A stretch of 63,925 bases of DNA, filler included, from Klebsormidium nitens (taxonomy: Eukaryota > Plantae > Klebsormidiophyceae): assembly GCA_000708835.1 (NCBI GenBank). It is 5 parts of 5 records of this genome, joined end to end, with 100 filler letters (N's around TTAATTAATTAA, not from the genome) between each part and the next. Parts side by side here need not be neighbours in the genome. Positions count along the whole stretch, not along the records: positions 43,490 to 61,493 come from DF237962.1; 4 more parts are not named here. One strand, written 5' to 3'. The position numbers and the translations under genes were made by a program. The notes under the pieces were generated by a model, which saw only the letters and a program-made list of their open reading frames with translations, did not search any database and was not told the origin of the DNA. Positions 50,318 through 58,511 of the stretch are shown piece by piece; within the stretch, counting starts at the first letter, position 1, and every line of letters begins with the position of its first letter.

Positions 50318-50992
50318 ATGTACAGTAGCTTTCGGAGAGCTAAGGACCATTTTGGCGTCTCCTCTAGCACCCCGCGTAGATGGGCTAATGAAGGAAAGAT
50401 CGCCACCAAGCGCACCGCAGGCAACCACCGCGTCTTCTCCATCCCCAGCCTCGAAGAGAAAGAAACTCGGGCATGCATCGCCTACTGTAGGGTCAGCTCC
50501 TCCAAGCAGCGCGACGACCTGCAGCGACAGAGGAGGTTTCTATCTGACCAACTCCCCAGACACGAGAGTGTCTCGGACGTGGGCTCGGGGATCAACTTCG
50601 AGAGACCAGGACTGCTATCCATTCTGGAACGAGTCCTACAGGGCAGAGTATCGGAGGTGGTGGTTGCCAGCAAGGACAGACTGTGCCGTTTCGCATTCGA
50701 GCTCGTGGCCTGGATATTCGAACGTCAAGGGACACGGATCGTGGTTCTCGATACGCGAGATAAGTCACCGAGCGAGGAGTTCACAGAGGACATCCTGGCC
50801 ATCATGCAAGTATTCTCTTGTCGATGGAACGGGAAGAGGCGCTACAGGGGTCCACAAGAGCGGGGGCGCGATAAAAGAAGCGGAGGTGGCTCTAGCATTC
50901 CCCTCGAGGTGCAGGAAGATAAGGGCCTTCCCGACGGGACATCAGCGGCTAATCCTGAGGAAGATGGTGGGAGGGTGCCGGAAACTGTATAA
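50318..50992 (+). CDS. tnpA: IS607 serine recombinase/transposase TnpA (N-terminal MerR-like wHTH plus serine-recombinase catalytic domain)
   Basis: FGVSSSTPRRWANEGKIATKRTAGNHRVF (HTH); IAYCRVSSSKQRDDLQRQ (catalytic Ser codon at 50495); DVGSGINFERPGL; DRLCRFAFEL; EEFTEDILAIMQVFSCRWNGKRRY. Confidence 0.95.
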   Translation: MYSSFRRAKDHFGVSSSTPRRWANEGKIATKRTAGNHRVFSIPSLEEKETRACIAYCRVSSSKQRDDLQRQRRFLSDQLPRHESVSDVGSGINFERPGLLSILERVLQGRVSEVVVASKDRLCRFAFELVAWIFERQGTRIVVLDTRDKSPSEEFTEDILAIMQVFSCRWNGKRRYRGPQERGRDKRSGGGSSIPLEVQEDKGLPDGTSAANPEEDGGRVPETV

Positions 50993-52325
50993 CGAGACGG
51001 TGGCCATGATCCGGGACAGGCGTCTCCCGTTTGCGAACGTAGAAGCATTCGAGGAGGCAGAGCGACGGCGGAAGACCAGGCTTGAGGATAGAAAAAGGAA
51101 GAAGGCGGAGGATGATGGCTCCGAGTTCGAAGAGGTGCACTACAAGGGGACGAGTCACCCTTGGATGGACAAGGTGTACGTCAAGAACTTTCTGGTGCCC
51201 GAGGACAGCGACTTCATGAAAGCGAACCCCTACCTGAAAGAGATACCCAAGGAGACCAGACAGCAGGCGGTGGAGGATGCCATTGAGGCGTACAAGGCTG
51301 CCTTCAGCAACATGGCAGTGGGGAACATCAGCAACTTTGAGGTGGGCTTCAGGAAGAAGAAAGACCCGCGTTGGTCTATCGCGGTCGCCTTCAATGCGGT
51401 TTCGGGGAGCAGGTTCTGGCCACGCAAGGTCAAGGATTTCGGAGAGCTGGTCGTGGCGGAGCCACGGCACCTGAGGAAGCGCTACGGGCGGGAGCTGAAG
51501 ATCTCGAAGGATCAGCTCGGGCGCTACTGGATGGTCATCATGAACGACAAAGGACCCAAGGCTACGACGGAAGAGGCGGCGAAGGGCGTCGAAGAGCTGC
51601 GCGAGTCGACCCGCGAGAACCAAGCGGGCGACAAGCCGGTGGCTGCCATCGACCCGGGGATTCGGACTCGACACACCATCTACATGACGGACGGGCGGCT
51701 CGTGGAAGTGGAAAATCAGGACATACAGAGGATCGTGCGTCTCTGTCGGCACGTGGACAGGTGCATATCGGCTCTGAGCAAGGGAGAGCTCGCGGTGTCC
51801 AAGAAGCACCTGAAGAGGAACCCGAAAGCATCCGTGATGGCCCTCTTCGACCACTATCGGCCTTCGAAGAAAGTCCAGGGCCAGCATGTTGTGCGTCTGA
51901 GTGGCGAGGACAAGAACAGGATACGACAGAAGATGCACCAACTGAAGGCGAAGATAGAGAGCTTGAAGAACGAGATAGACGACCAGACGGTGGCCTACCT
52001 GCTTCGCGAATGCAAGACGGTCCTGTTGCCCCCATTCGACATGCACTCCATGTCCACAAGGCTGCACCACAAGACGGCGAGGGCCATGATGCAGTGGAGA
52101 CACGGGACGTTCAAGACCAAGCTCGTGGAAAGAGCTCCCGGCCGGGGGGTGCGGGTCATGATAGTGTCGGAGGCATACACCAGCAAGACCTGCGGGGCGT
52201 GCGGGTGGCTGCATCCCAGTCTGGGTGGGAGCAAGCTATACGTCTGTCGAAGGTGTGGGGTAGAGATGGACAGGGACCACAACGGTGCCCGGAACATATT
52301 CCTGAGAGCGATTAGGTCAGAATGA
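50388..52325 (+). CDS. tnpB: IS607-type TnpB / Fanzor2 RNA-guided endonuclease (645 aa from the first ATG)
   Basis: RKIRAFPT...GGCRKLYN; RuvC-I AAIDPGIRT (D at 51651); VLLPPF where the canonical Glu would be, with the alternative Glu in VSEAYTSKTC (52170); zinc finger CGACG...CRRCG; RuvC-III MDRDHNGARNI (D at 52275). No internal stop. Confidence 0.95.
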   Translation: MKERSPPSAPQATTASSPSPASKRKKLGHASPTVGSAPPSSATTCSDRGGFYLTNSPDTRVSRTWARGSTSRDQDCYPFWNESYRAEYRRWWLPARTDCAVSHSSSWPGYSNVKGHGSWFSIREISHRARSSQRTSWPSCKYSLVDGTGRGATGVHKSGGAIKEAEVALAFPSRCRKIRAFPTGHQRLILRKMVGGCRKLYNETVAMIRDRRLPFANVEAFEEAERRRKTRLEDRKRKKAEDDGSEFEEVHYKGTSHPWMDKVYVKNFLVPEDSDFMKANPYLKEIPKETRQQAVEDAIEAYKAAFSNMAVGNISNFEVGFRKKKDPRWSIAVAFNAVSGSRFWPRKVKDFGELVVAEPRHLRKRYGRELKISKDQLGRYWMVIMNDKGPKATTEEAAKGVEELRESTRENQAGDKPVAAIDPGIRTRHTIYMTDGRLVEVENQDIQRIVRLCRHVDRCISALSKGELAVSKKHLKRNPKASVMALFDHYRPSKKVQGQHVVRLSGEDKNRIRQKMHQLKAKIESLKNEIDDQTVAYLLRECKTVLLPPFDMHSMSTRLHHKTARAMMQWRHGTFKTKLVERAPGRGVRVMIVSEAYTSKTCGACGWLHPSLGGSKLYVCRRCGVEMDRDHNGARNIFLRAIRSE

Positions 52326-52492
52326 GCCCCATATGAACCCGGCGTGCCGGGGGATGGGTCGGAGAGATAGCTCCTAGTCTCAGAAGGTTTGAGAGACTTG
52401 GCACCAGGCGAGAGGTAGGAGATCGTACGGTGCACAGAGACTTGAGCAGGATTGCTTAGGTTTCAACTATCGGCGGCGATACTCAACCATGT
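52326..52492 (+). ncRNA. Candidate omegaRNA scaffold plus guide (boundaries inferred; may begin inside the tnpB 3' end)
   Basis: Hairpins cccat..cccgg-cgtg-ccggg..atggg (52328-52358), ggag-agatag-ctcc (52361-52374), agtctc..gagact (52376-52398) and tgagca-ggat-tgctta (52443-52458) lie between the tnpB stop and the right junction. This is the position where TnpB/Fanzor omegaRNAs are encoded. Confidence 0.6.
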
Positions 52493-52532
52493 TGAACGCT
52501 TCCTCTAGATGCATGCGTTGCCTGTACAACAT
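52472..52532 (+). pseudogene. 3' fragment of a paralog of the 49562-50116 gene, truncated by the IS607 element and by a gap
   Basis: RRYSTMLNASSRCMRCLYN versus RQYSIMLDASSRCMRCLYN; 50/62 nt identical by hand count (52471-52532 versus 49868-49929). Confidence 0.8.
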
Positions 52533-52585
52533 NNNNNNNNNNNNNNNNNNNNNNNNNNNNNNNNNNNNNNNNNNNNNNNNNNNNC

Positions 52586-53277
52586 TCAGACAAGACCAAG
52601 CCCGCCTGGGTGGACGCCGGGGTCGCGCACGACTTCTCCGAGTTCGCCGTCTCCGGGAAGAACCTCTGCGGCATCAACCCCGGGCAGGGCACAAGGTCTT
52701 CTGCACCGCCGACTGGACCGCGGCAGCGCCCGTCTTCAAACCGCTGCAGGGAGACGGCATGCTCCGCAACCTGTCCCTCTCGGGAACGAGCCTGTGCGGA
52801 GCGGACGCCCGTCCCGGCGTAGACAACATCTTCTGCAGCAACGACTTCATTTCGAAACCATTGACTCAAGTACAAGGCAGCGGCAACGTGACCGCTCAGG
52901 GGAAGGGCAGGCTCTGCGTCGTGGCCAAGGACCAACGAGTGTTCTGTACCGACTCTATCGTCCAAAACCCCGTCTGGACCAAGAGAGGGGACCTCGCCAT
53001 AGACCTCGCCATGAACGAGTCGGGCGGGATATGTGCTTTGAACCCCGACGGGACCATCTTTTGCCAGCCGGACCTGACGTCGGGGAAATGGGTGGCCACG
53101 AACGTCGCCGAAAAGAAGAACGTGAACCTCGCCACGAATATTCATGGGACGAAGCTCTGCATCTTCAACAGCGATAAGGCCCCCGCTTACTGCCATGACA
53201 ACGTCTTTGCAGGCGACAAGGCGGGTTGGTATGGGTTGGCAGCTGCTGGACAACGGTTCGGGTTGGAAAAAGTGTAG
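52586..53277 (+). pseudogene. Tectonin/lectin-like beta-propeller repeat protein with two Cys per ~40-aa repeat; 1-nt frameshift near 52685; 5' end in gap
   Basis: Repeats PAWVDAG..FAVSGKNLCGINPG|HKVFC; PVFKPL..LSLSGTSLCGAD..NIFC; ..GRLCVVAKDQRVFC; PVWTK..GGICALNPDGTIFC; KWV..TKLCIFNSD..AYC. The first repeat is in a different frame from the rest. Confidence 0.55.
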
Positions 53278-53281
53278 GCCC

Positions 53282-54022
53282 TCATGCCGTCAGAGCTGGC
53301 GCGGGTGCTGGAACGTGGGTAGTGGGTTCGAGCGTGCGATCGACCCAGAGAGGGTTGAGCCCGGCTAGGACTCCTCCCAGTAGAGGGCCGACGATGAAGA
53401 CCCAGATGTGAGTCCATTGTTTCCGATCGTTGCTCCCGGATGCGACCGCCGTTCCGAGGGATCTCGCGACGTTTATAGAGCAGCCGTCTAAGGGAAGGAG
53501 TGCCAGATGACAGACCAGGACCGCGCCACCGATAGCGATGGGAGCGTGTCCGTACAACTTGGTAGCGGCGTAGGAAGTGTTGAGCACGACCGTTACGAGG
53601 AAAGCCGTCGCCAGTATCTCCGCCAACAGGGCTTGCCACAGGGCGTGTCCATCTAGGACGTGATTGACTCCTTTGCCGCCCGCGTCGTAGAGGTCCCAAT
53701 TGCTCACGAGCCTCGCGTAGCAGGCGCCGCATATCGCCCCTATGACCTGGGCGACGATATACAACGCAGCCTTCTCTATAGATATCATCCTCTGCAACAA
53801 GAAAGCCAGAGTCACGCTCGGATTCAAGTGAGCTCCCGAGATGGAGCCGAAAGCGTACGCTAAGGTCCCTATAGTGCCTCCAAATACGGAAGCGACACCC
53901 AGAGGCGCGAGAATGCTGCCGTTATCATAGATAGGGAGAGCGGGGTAATTCGTGAGAGACAGTGTGATGATGAAGAGGAAAATGCCACTTCCGACGAACT
54001 CGGCCGCTACCGCCTTGTACAT
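53282..54022 (-). CDS. Aquaporin (MIP family), intronless; NPS and NVA in place of the two NPA motifs (alternative start at 54073)
   Basis: AEF motif (VAAEFVGS), ISGAHLNPSVT, YIVAQVIGAICG, LLAEILATAFLV, HLALLPLDGCSINVARSLG, WVFIVGPLLGG. Confidence 0.93.
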   Translation of the reverse strand: MYKAVAAEFVGSGIFLFIITLSLTNYPALPIYDNGSILAPLGVASVFGGTIGTLAYAFGSISGAHLNPSVTLAFLLQRMISIEKAALYIVAQVIGAICGACYARLVSNWDLYDAGGKGVNHVLDGHALWQALLAEILATAFLVTVVLNTSYAATKLYGHAPIAIGGAVLVCHLALLPLDGCSINVARSLGTAVASGSNDRKQWTHIWVFIVGPLLGGVLAGLNPLWVDRTLEPTTHVPAPAPALTA

Positions 54023-54218
54023 GATGGCGACCGATACCTGATAAACTACAAGCGAGAATATTATGCCGGCCATACGCCCGAGGCCGCGGCAGGCATCGTT
54101 CGCCGGCTTAGGGCAAGCAGGCCTCCCCTTGCCGGTGCTATAGGATTGCGGTCGATGCACATGGTGCGTTTCGCGAATATCTTCGCGGTAAGATATATCG
54201 AGTATCGAGTACCTTTTG

Positions 54219-55069
54219 ATGGACGAAGCGAGGATCCAACGGAACATAGAGGAGGCGATAACGCTCTTGAGACGTGGCCTCTCTGGGGACGACATCCTCG
54301 CGATCTTCCAGGCCCGAAACGAAGGTCGCGGACCCACGTACGCTCTGCACCCCGAGGCTTGGGCCACCGTGATGCGGCGTGCGAAGCGGAGAGCTTCTCG
54401 CCTAGATCCCATCCCCGTCCCGACTGCAGCTCCTGCAGGGCCGAGTGAGCTATTTCAGCTGGACGAAGCGAGGATCCAACGGAATACCGAAGAGGCTATA
54501 ACGCTCTTGAGACGTGGTCTCTCTAGGGACGACATCTTCGCGATCTTCCAGGCCCGAAACGAAGGTCGCGGACCCACGTACGCTCTGCACCCCGAAGTCT
54601 GGGCCACCGTCATGAGGCGTGCGAAGCGGCGAGCTTCTCGCTTAGGTCCCATCCCCGCCCCGACTGCAGCTCCCGTCCCTCCACGACCTGTACCGAGACC
54701 ATTTGTACCTCCCGTCTCTCCACGACCTGTACCGAGACCACAGGTACCTCCCGTCCCTCCACGACCTATACCGAGACCACAAGTACCTCCCGTCCCTCCG
54801 CGACCTGTACCGAGACCACAGGTACATCCCGTCCCTCAGCGACCTACACCGAGACCTCCCGTAGCTCCCAACCAGGATCAGAATAGACCAGCTACCCTGT
54901 TCGACTGCCACGACGTCCCTGGTGATGGGAATTGCTTTTACTCGGCCGTCGCGGTCGCGTTGGCAAACAGGCCGCTTCCTCTACCTCAACTACGAGAGAG
55001 GGCTATGCAGTTGCGCAACGCCGGCCTCGAATACTTTGATAGGTTCCAAGAGGCGCTCTTCGTCAATGC
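54219..55069 (+). CDS. OTU-domain protein copy 1 (two helical ~60-aa repeats, Pro-rich repeats, start of OTU); truncated by gap
   Basis: MDEARIQRNIEEAITLLRRGLS...RRAKRR x2; (PPVPPRPVPRPQV)n; LFDCHDVPGDGNCFYSAVAVAL. Confidence 0.75.
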
Positions 55070-55089
55070 NNNNNNNNNNNNNNNNNNNN

Positions 55090-56493
55090 GTGATGCGGCG
55101 TGCGAAGCGGCGAGCTTCTCGCCTAGATCCCATCCCCGTCCCGACTGCAGCTCCTCCACAGGCAAAGCCGACTGAGCTATTTCAGCTGGACGAAGCAAAG
55201 ATCCAACGGAACACCGAAGAGGCTATAACGCTTTTGAGACGTGGTCTCTCTAGGGACGACATCCTCGCGATCTTCCAGGCCCGAAACGAAGGTCGCGGAC
55301 CCACATACGCTCTGCACCCCGAAGTCTGGGCCACCGTCATGAGGCGTGCGAAGCGGCGAGCTTCTCGCTTAGGTCCCATCCCCGCCCCGACTGCAGCTCC
55401 CGTCCCTCCACGACCGATACCGAGACCATTTGTACCTCCCGTCTCTCCACGACATATACCAAGACCACAGGTACCTCCCGTCCCTCCACGACCTGTACCG
55501 AGACCATTTGTACCTCCCGTCTCTCCACGACATATACCGAGACCACAGGTACCTCCCGTCCCTCCACGACCTATGCCGAGACCACAGGTACCTCCCGTCC
55601 CTCCACGACCTATGCCGAGACCACAGGTACCTCCCGTCCCTCCGCGACCTATACCGAGACCTCCCGTAGCTCCCAACCAGGATCAGAATAGACCAGCTAT
55701 CTTGTTCGATTGTCACGACGTCCCTGGTGATGGGGATTGCTTTTACTCGGCCGTCGCGGTCGCGTTGGCAAACAGGCCGCTTCCTCTACCTCAACTGCGA
55801 GAGAGGGCTATGCAGTTGCGCAACGCCGGTCTCGAATACTTTGATAGGTTCCAAGAGGCGCTCTTCGTCAATATTTTTGGTCTGCCCTCTGGTGACAGAA
55901 ACCGAGTGCGTCGCGGACGACGCGCTACCTTCATGTATCCGCAATGGGCGAACCACGTCCAGATAGAATGTGTCGCCCGCGCTATGCGGTGTCGGATACG
56001 CGTGTTCGGCATGTGGCCCGATGTATATAGTCTCGCCGTAAGACTCGCAGAACCTTTGACGCTGGAACAACTGGACCTCCTGTGCTCGACGGTAGACGAT
56101 GGGCAACTACGGAGGCGGAGAAGTCATTACGTAAACGATGATCCGAACAACTACGACAGAACCATTTCATTGATAAACTGGACGGACACACACTTTGGAG
56201 TTGTCTTGCCACACGTGAGGGGCAGGCCGAGGCAACGTGTGAGTGCTAGCGGGAATATACCCCCTGCGAATGTCAGTTATGGAGAGGCTCTGCAGGTGAC
56301 ACAAAGGCTCGCTGGACGCGAGGCGATACTCGTGAGGGAGAGGCGGGAGAGAGCGGACCGAGAAAGACAGATGAGGGGCAGGAGTGCGGCAGGAGTACGG
56401 CAGAGTGCTACGGTCAGTGCCAGGTATGCGAACACGAGTAGCAACGAGGCTCTGGCACTCGCCTTACAGGAGTTGGAATTCTCAGAAGATTGA
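55090..56493 (+). CDS. OTU-like cysteine protease (deubiquitinase) copy 2 with helical repeats, Pro-rich linker and C-terminal ubiquitin-binding-like motif; 5' end in gap
   Basis: DVPGDGDCFYSAV (Cys at 55738), LRERA, WANHVQIECVARAMRCRIRVF, ISLINWTDTHFGVV (His at 56191), C-terminal SNEALALALQELE. Confidence 0.85.
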   Translation: MMRRAKRRASRLDPIPVPTAAPPQAKPTELFQLDEAKIQRNTEEAITLLRRGLSRDDILAIFQARNEGRGPTYALHPEVWATVMRRAKRRASRLGPIPAPTAAPVPPRPIPRPFVPPVSPRHIPRPQVPPVPPRPVPRPFVPPVSPRHIPRPQVPPVPPRPMPRPQVPPVPPRPMPRPQVPPVPPRPIPRPPVAPNQDQNRPAILFDCHDVPGDGDCFYSAVAVALANRPLPLPQLRERAMQLRNAGLEYFDRFQEALFVNIFGLPSGDRNRVRRGRRATFMYPQWANHVQIECVARAMRCRIRVFGMWPDVYSLAVRLAEPLTLEQLDLLCSTVDDGQLRRRRSHYVNDDPNNYDRTISLINWTDTHFGVVLPHVRGRPRQRVSASGNIPPANVSYGEALQVTQRLAGREAILVRERRERADRERQMRGRSAAGVRQSATVSARYANTSSNEALALALQELEFSED

Positions 56494-56525
56494 CTCTTTT
56501 TCTTCTGATCGAATCGTAGGATAGG

Positions 56526-58472
56526 ATGACCACGGCCACCATCAAGACGAGGAAACTGCTCGTAGATAGCCCGGACGCGGATGACTTTCTGATCGTCTCC
56601 AACGGTGTGCAACTGGTGACGAACGTGCTCGTAGACGGGTCCCTCTCCGCGTCGGTCCCCGTGATGACCTTGCAAGCAGGAACGATTCAGTGCTTCGGCA
56701 GCAACGGCGACGCCTGGTTCCTCTCGCGTGCGGCGGACGGGACGGTCTCGCTCGGGCAGAACGTAGCGGGGTCTCGCCGTGCACTGGCATCGCTCGCGTG
56801 CTCAGTGGACGACGGTGCATCTGGATTGGGAACGTTGAGCGTCAGGTCTCTACAGAATGTCGACCAGGCCGGTCGTTACCCATTTCGGACGCGCATTGAC
56901 ACCGACAAGAGTCTGGTGACGCAGTGCTCCACCGACGGCACGGCTTGGACGACGATACGGAGAGATGCTGCTTCCATCGCTACCTTTGCGCAATCCATCC
57001 TCCCCGCATCGGGCAATCTCAACGTGGGGACCGGCAGCAACCGCTGGCTTGGACTGTATGCTTCCAACGTAGATGCGGATACGATCGCATGTGGGGCCGC
57101 GACGTTCTCGTGTAATCTATCGGTTTCGGGCGATGCTTCGGTCGGGGGGTCGTTGCAGGCGAGCAGTGCCGTGGTGGGAGGGAGTTTAGCGGTGACGGGT
57201 CCCGTCGCTCTATCGAACGCTCTGACGGGCACCTCTGCGACGTTTTCTAGCAACGTGACCATCGCTGGATCGTTCTCATATTCCAACCTCGCACTCAGTG
57301 GGAGTTTATCCGTGGCTGGTCTCACTACTATTTCAAACACTCTGAGAGCCACTTCGGCGACGTTCTCCAGTAATGTGACCGTGTCTGGAACTTCTACTCT
57401 CTCGAGCGATGCGAACATCAGAGGAGCCCTTGCTGTGACCGGGCCACTCACTCTTTCCAGCGCCCTTTGGGGAAATTCGGCGTCTTTCTCAGGTAATCTA
57501 AGCGTTTCTGGAGCTACGACTCTCTCCAGCAATACTACGGTGGGAGGAAGCTTGGCAGTAACCGGCCCCGTGACTCTGTCCAGCACGCTAGGAGGCACTT
57601 CTGCGACTCTCTCTAGCAACCTGACCGTCTCTGGATCTACGACTGTATCGGGCGCTCTGGGCGGAACAACAGCAGCTTTTTCCAGCAACCTCAGCGTCTC
57701 TGGAGTTACGACGCTATCGGGCGCTCTGGGAGGCAGCTCTGCTACCTTTTCGAGCAATCTGACCGTCTCTGGTACTTTTACTCTCTCCAGCAATGCGACG
57801 GTAGGCGGAAGCTTGTATGTCAGCGGGCCCGTCACCCTCTCTAGTACCCTGGGAGCCACGTCGGCTACTTTTTCCAGCAACATGAGCGTCGCCGAAATAA
57901 CCTCTGGAACCCTATCAGCGAGCGGACCGGTCACTCTCTACAACACCCTCGGAGCCACCTCCGCCACGTTTTCGAACAACGTGTCGATTGGCGGCACCCT
58001 GTCGGTAGCGAGCAATCTGGCGGTCACCGGCCCCGCCACCTTTGCATCCAACATCACCATCTCAAACACCGATCCGATCAACTCTCACAAGACGTGGGCC
58101 TCTTGGACCCCATCTTCTGATTCTAACGCGACGTTAACGACTTTCTTCGCGAGATACACGTCGATCAATAAGAGAGTCACGGTCGCTTACTCGCTGAGTT
58201 TCACTGTCGCGTCGTCCGTGGCCAGTACCAGCATCTCCCTGCCTCCAGGACATTCAGTTGCGTATTCGGCACAACGCACGCAGATCTTCAGCAAGAACGG
58301 CGGGTCGAACATCTACGTGACAAGCTACGGGAGTATCACCGTTCCGACCGCAGGGACTGCGACAGGTCTGGTCACGGCCGACAGCACTACTTCTCGGCTA
58401 GTATTTGCCCTCACGAACTTCTTGGCGGGTACCTGGACTGCATCAGGTACCTTGGATTATGAGATCGCTTGA
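56526..58472 (+). CDS. Virion fibre / tail-fibre-like protein with Ser/Thr/Gly-rich beta repeats
   Basis: GNLNVGTGSNRWLGLYASNV motif; more than 10 repeats of (A)TFSSNLxVSGxxTLS / GGSLxVTGPVTLSS; C-terminal WASWTP...ARYTSINKRVTV domain. Confidence 0.7.
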   Translation: MTTATIKTRKLLVDSPDADDFLIVSNGVQLVTNVLVDGSLSASVPVMTLQAGTIQCFGSNGDAWFLSRAADGTVSLGQNVAGSRRALASLACSVDDGASGLGTLSVRSLQNVDQAGRYPFRTRIDTDKSLVTQCSTDGTAWTTIRRDAASIATFAQSILPASGNLNVGTGSNRWLGLYASNVDADTIACGAATFSCNLSVSGDASVGGSLQASSAVVGGSLAVTGPVALSNALTGTSATFSSNVTIAGSFSYSNLALSGSLSVAGLTTISNTLRATSATFSSNVTVSGTSTLSSDANIRGALAVTGPLTLSSALWGNSASFSGNLSVSGATTLSSNTTVGGSLAVTGPVTLSSTLGGTSATLSSNLTVSGSTTVSGALGGTTAAFSSNLSVSGVTTLSGALGGSSATFSSNLTVSGTFTLSSNATVGGSLYVSGPVTLSSTLGATSATFSSNMSVAEITSGTLSASGPVTLYNTLGATSATFSNNVSIGGTLSVASNLAVTGPATFASNITISNTDPINSHKTWASWTPSSDSNATLTTFFARYTSINKRVTVAYSLSFTVASSVASTSISLPPGHSVAYSAQRTQIFSKNGGSNIYVTSYGSITVPTAGTATGLVTADSTTSRLVFALTNFLAGTWTASGTLDYEIA

Positions 58473-58511
58473 ATGGTCCCTCCTTTTTTCACGTCTCTCT
58501 GATAGCAGCCC

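Larger units (their letters stand above)
50160..52473 (+). mobile_element. IS607-family element carrying tnpA and a Fanzor2-type tnpB (left end approximate; right junction at GG 52472-52473)
   Basis: tnpA and tnpB in tandem and overlapping; direct repeats upstream of tnpA; homology to the neighbouring paralog resumes exactly at GG 52472. Confidence 0.85.

Noticed and set aside
50949-52214. 421-aa minus-strand ORF and the third-frame ORF 51371-52315
   Set aside because: Shadow frames of the GC-rich tnpB with no recognisable motifs.
55182-55716. Gly-rich and RSWRDGRY repeat ORFs on the minus strand
   Set aside because: Antisense translations of the Pro-rich coding repeat.
56876-57934. 352-aa minus-strand ORF (also 59659-60531)
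   Set aside because: Antisense shadows of the fibre and structural genes.
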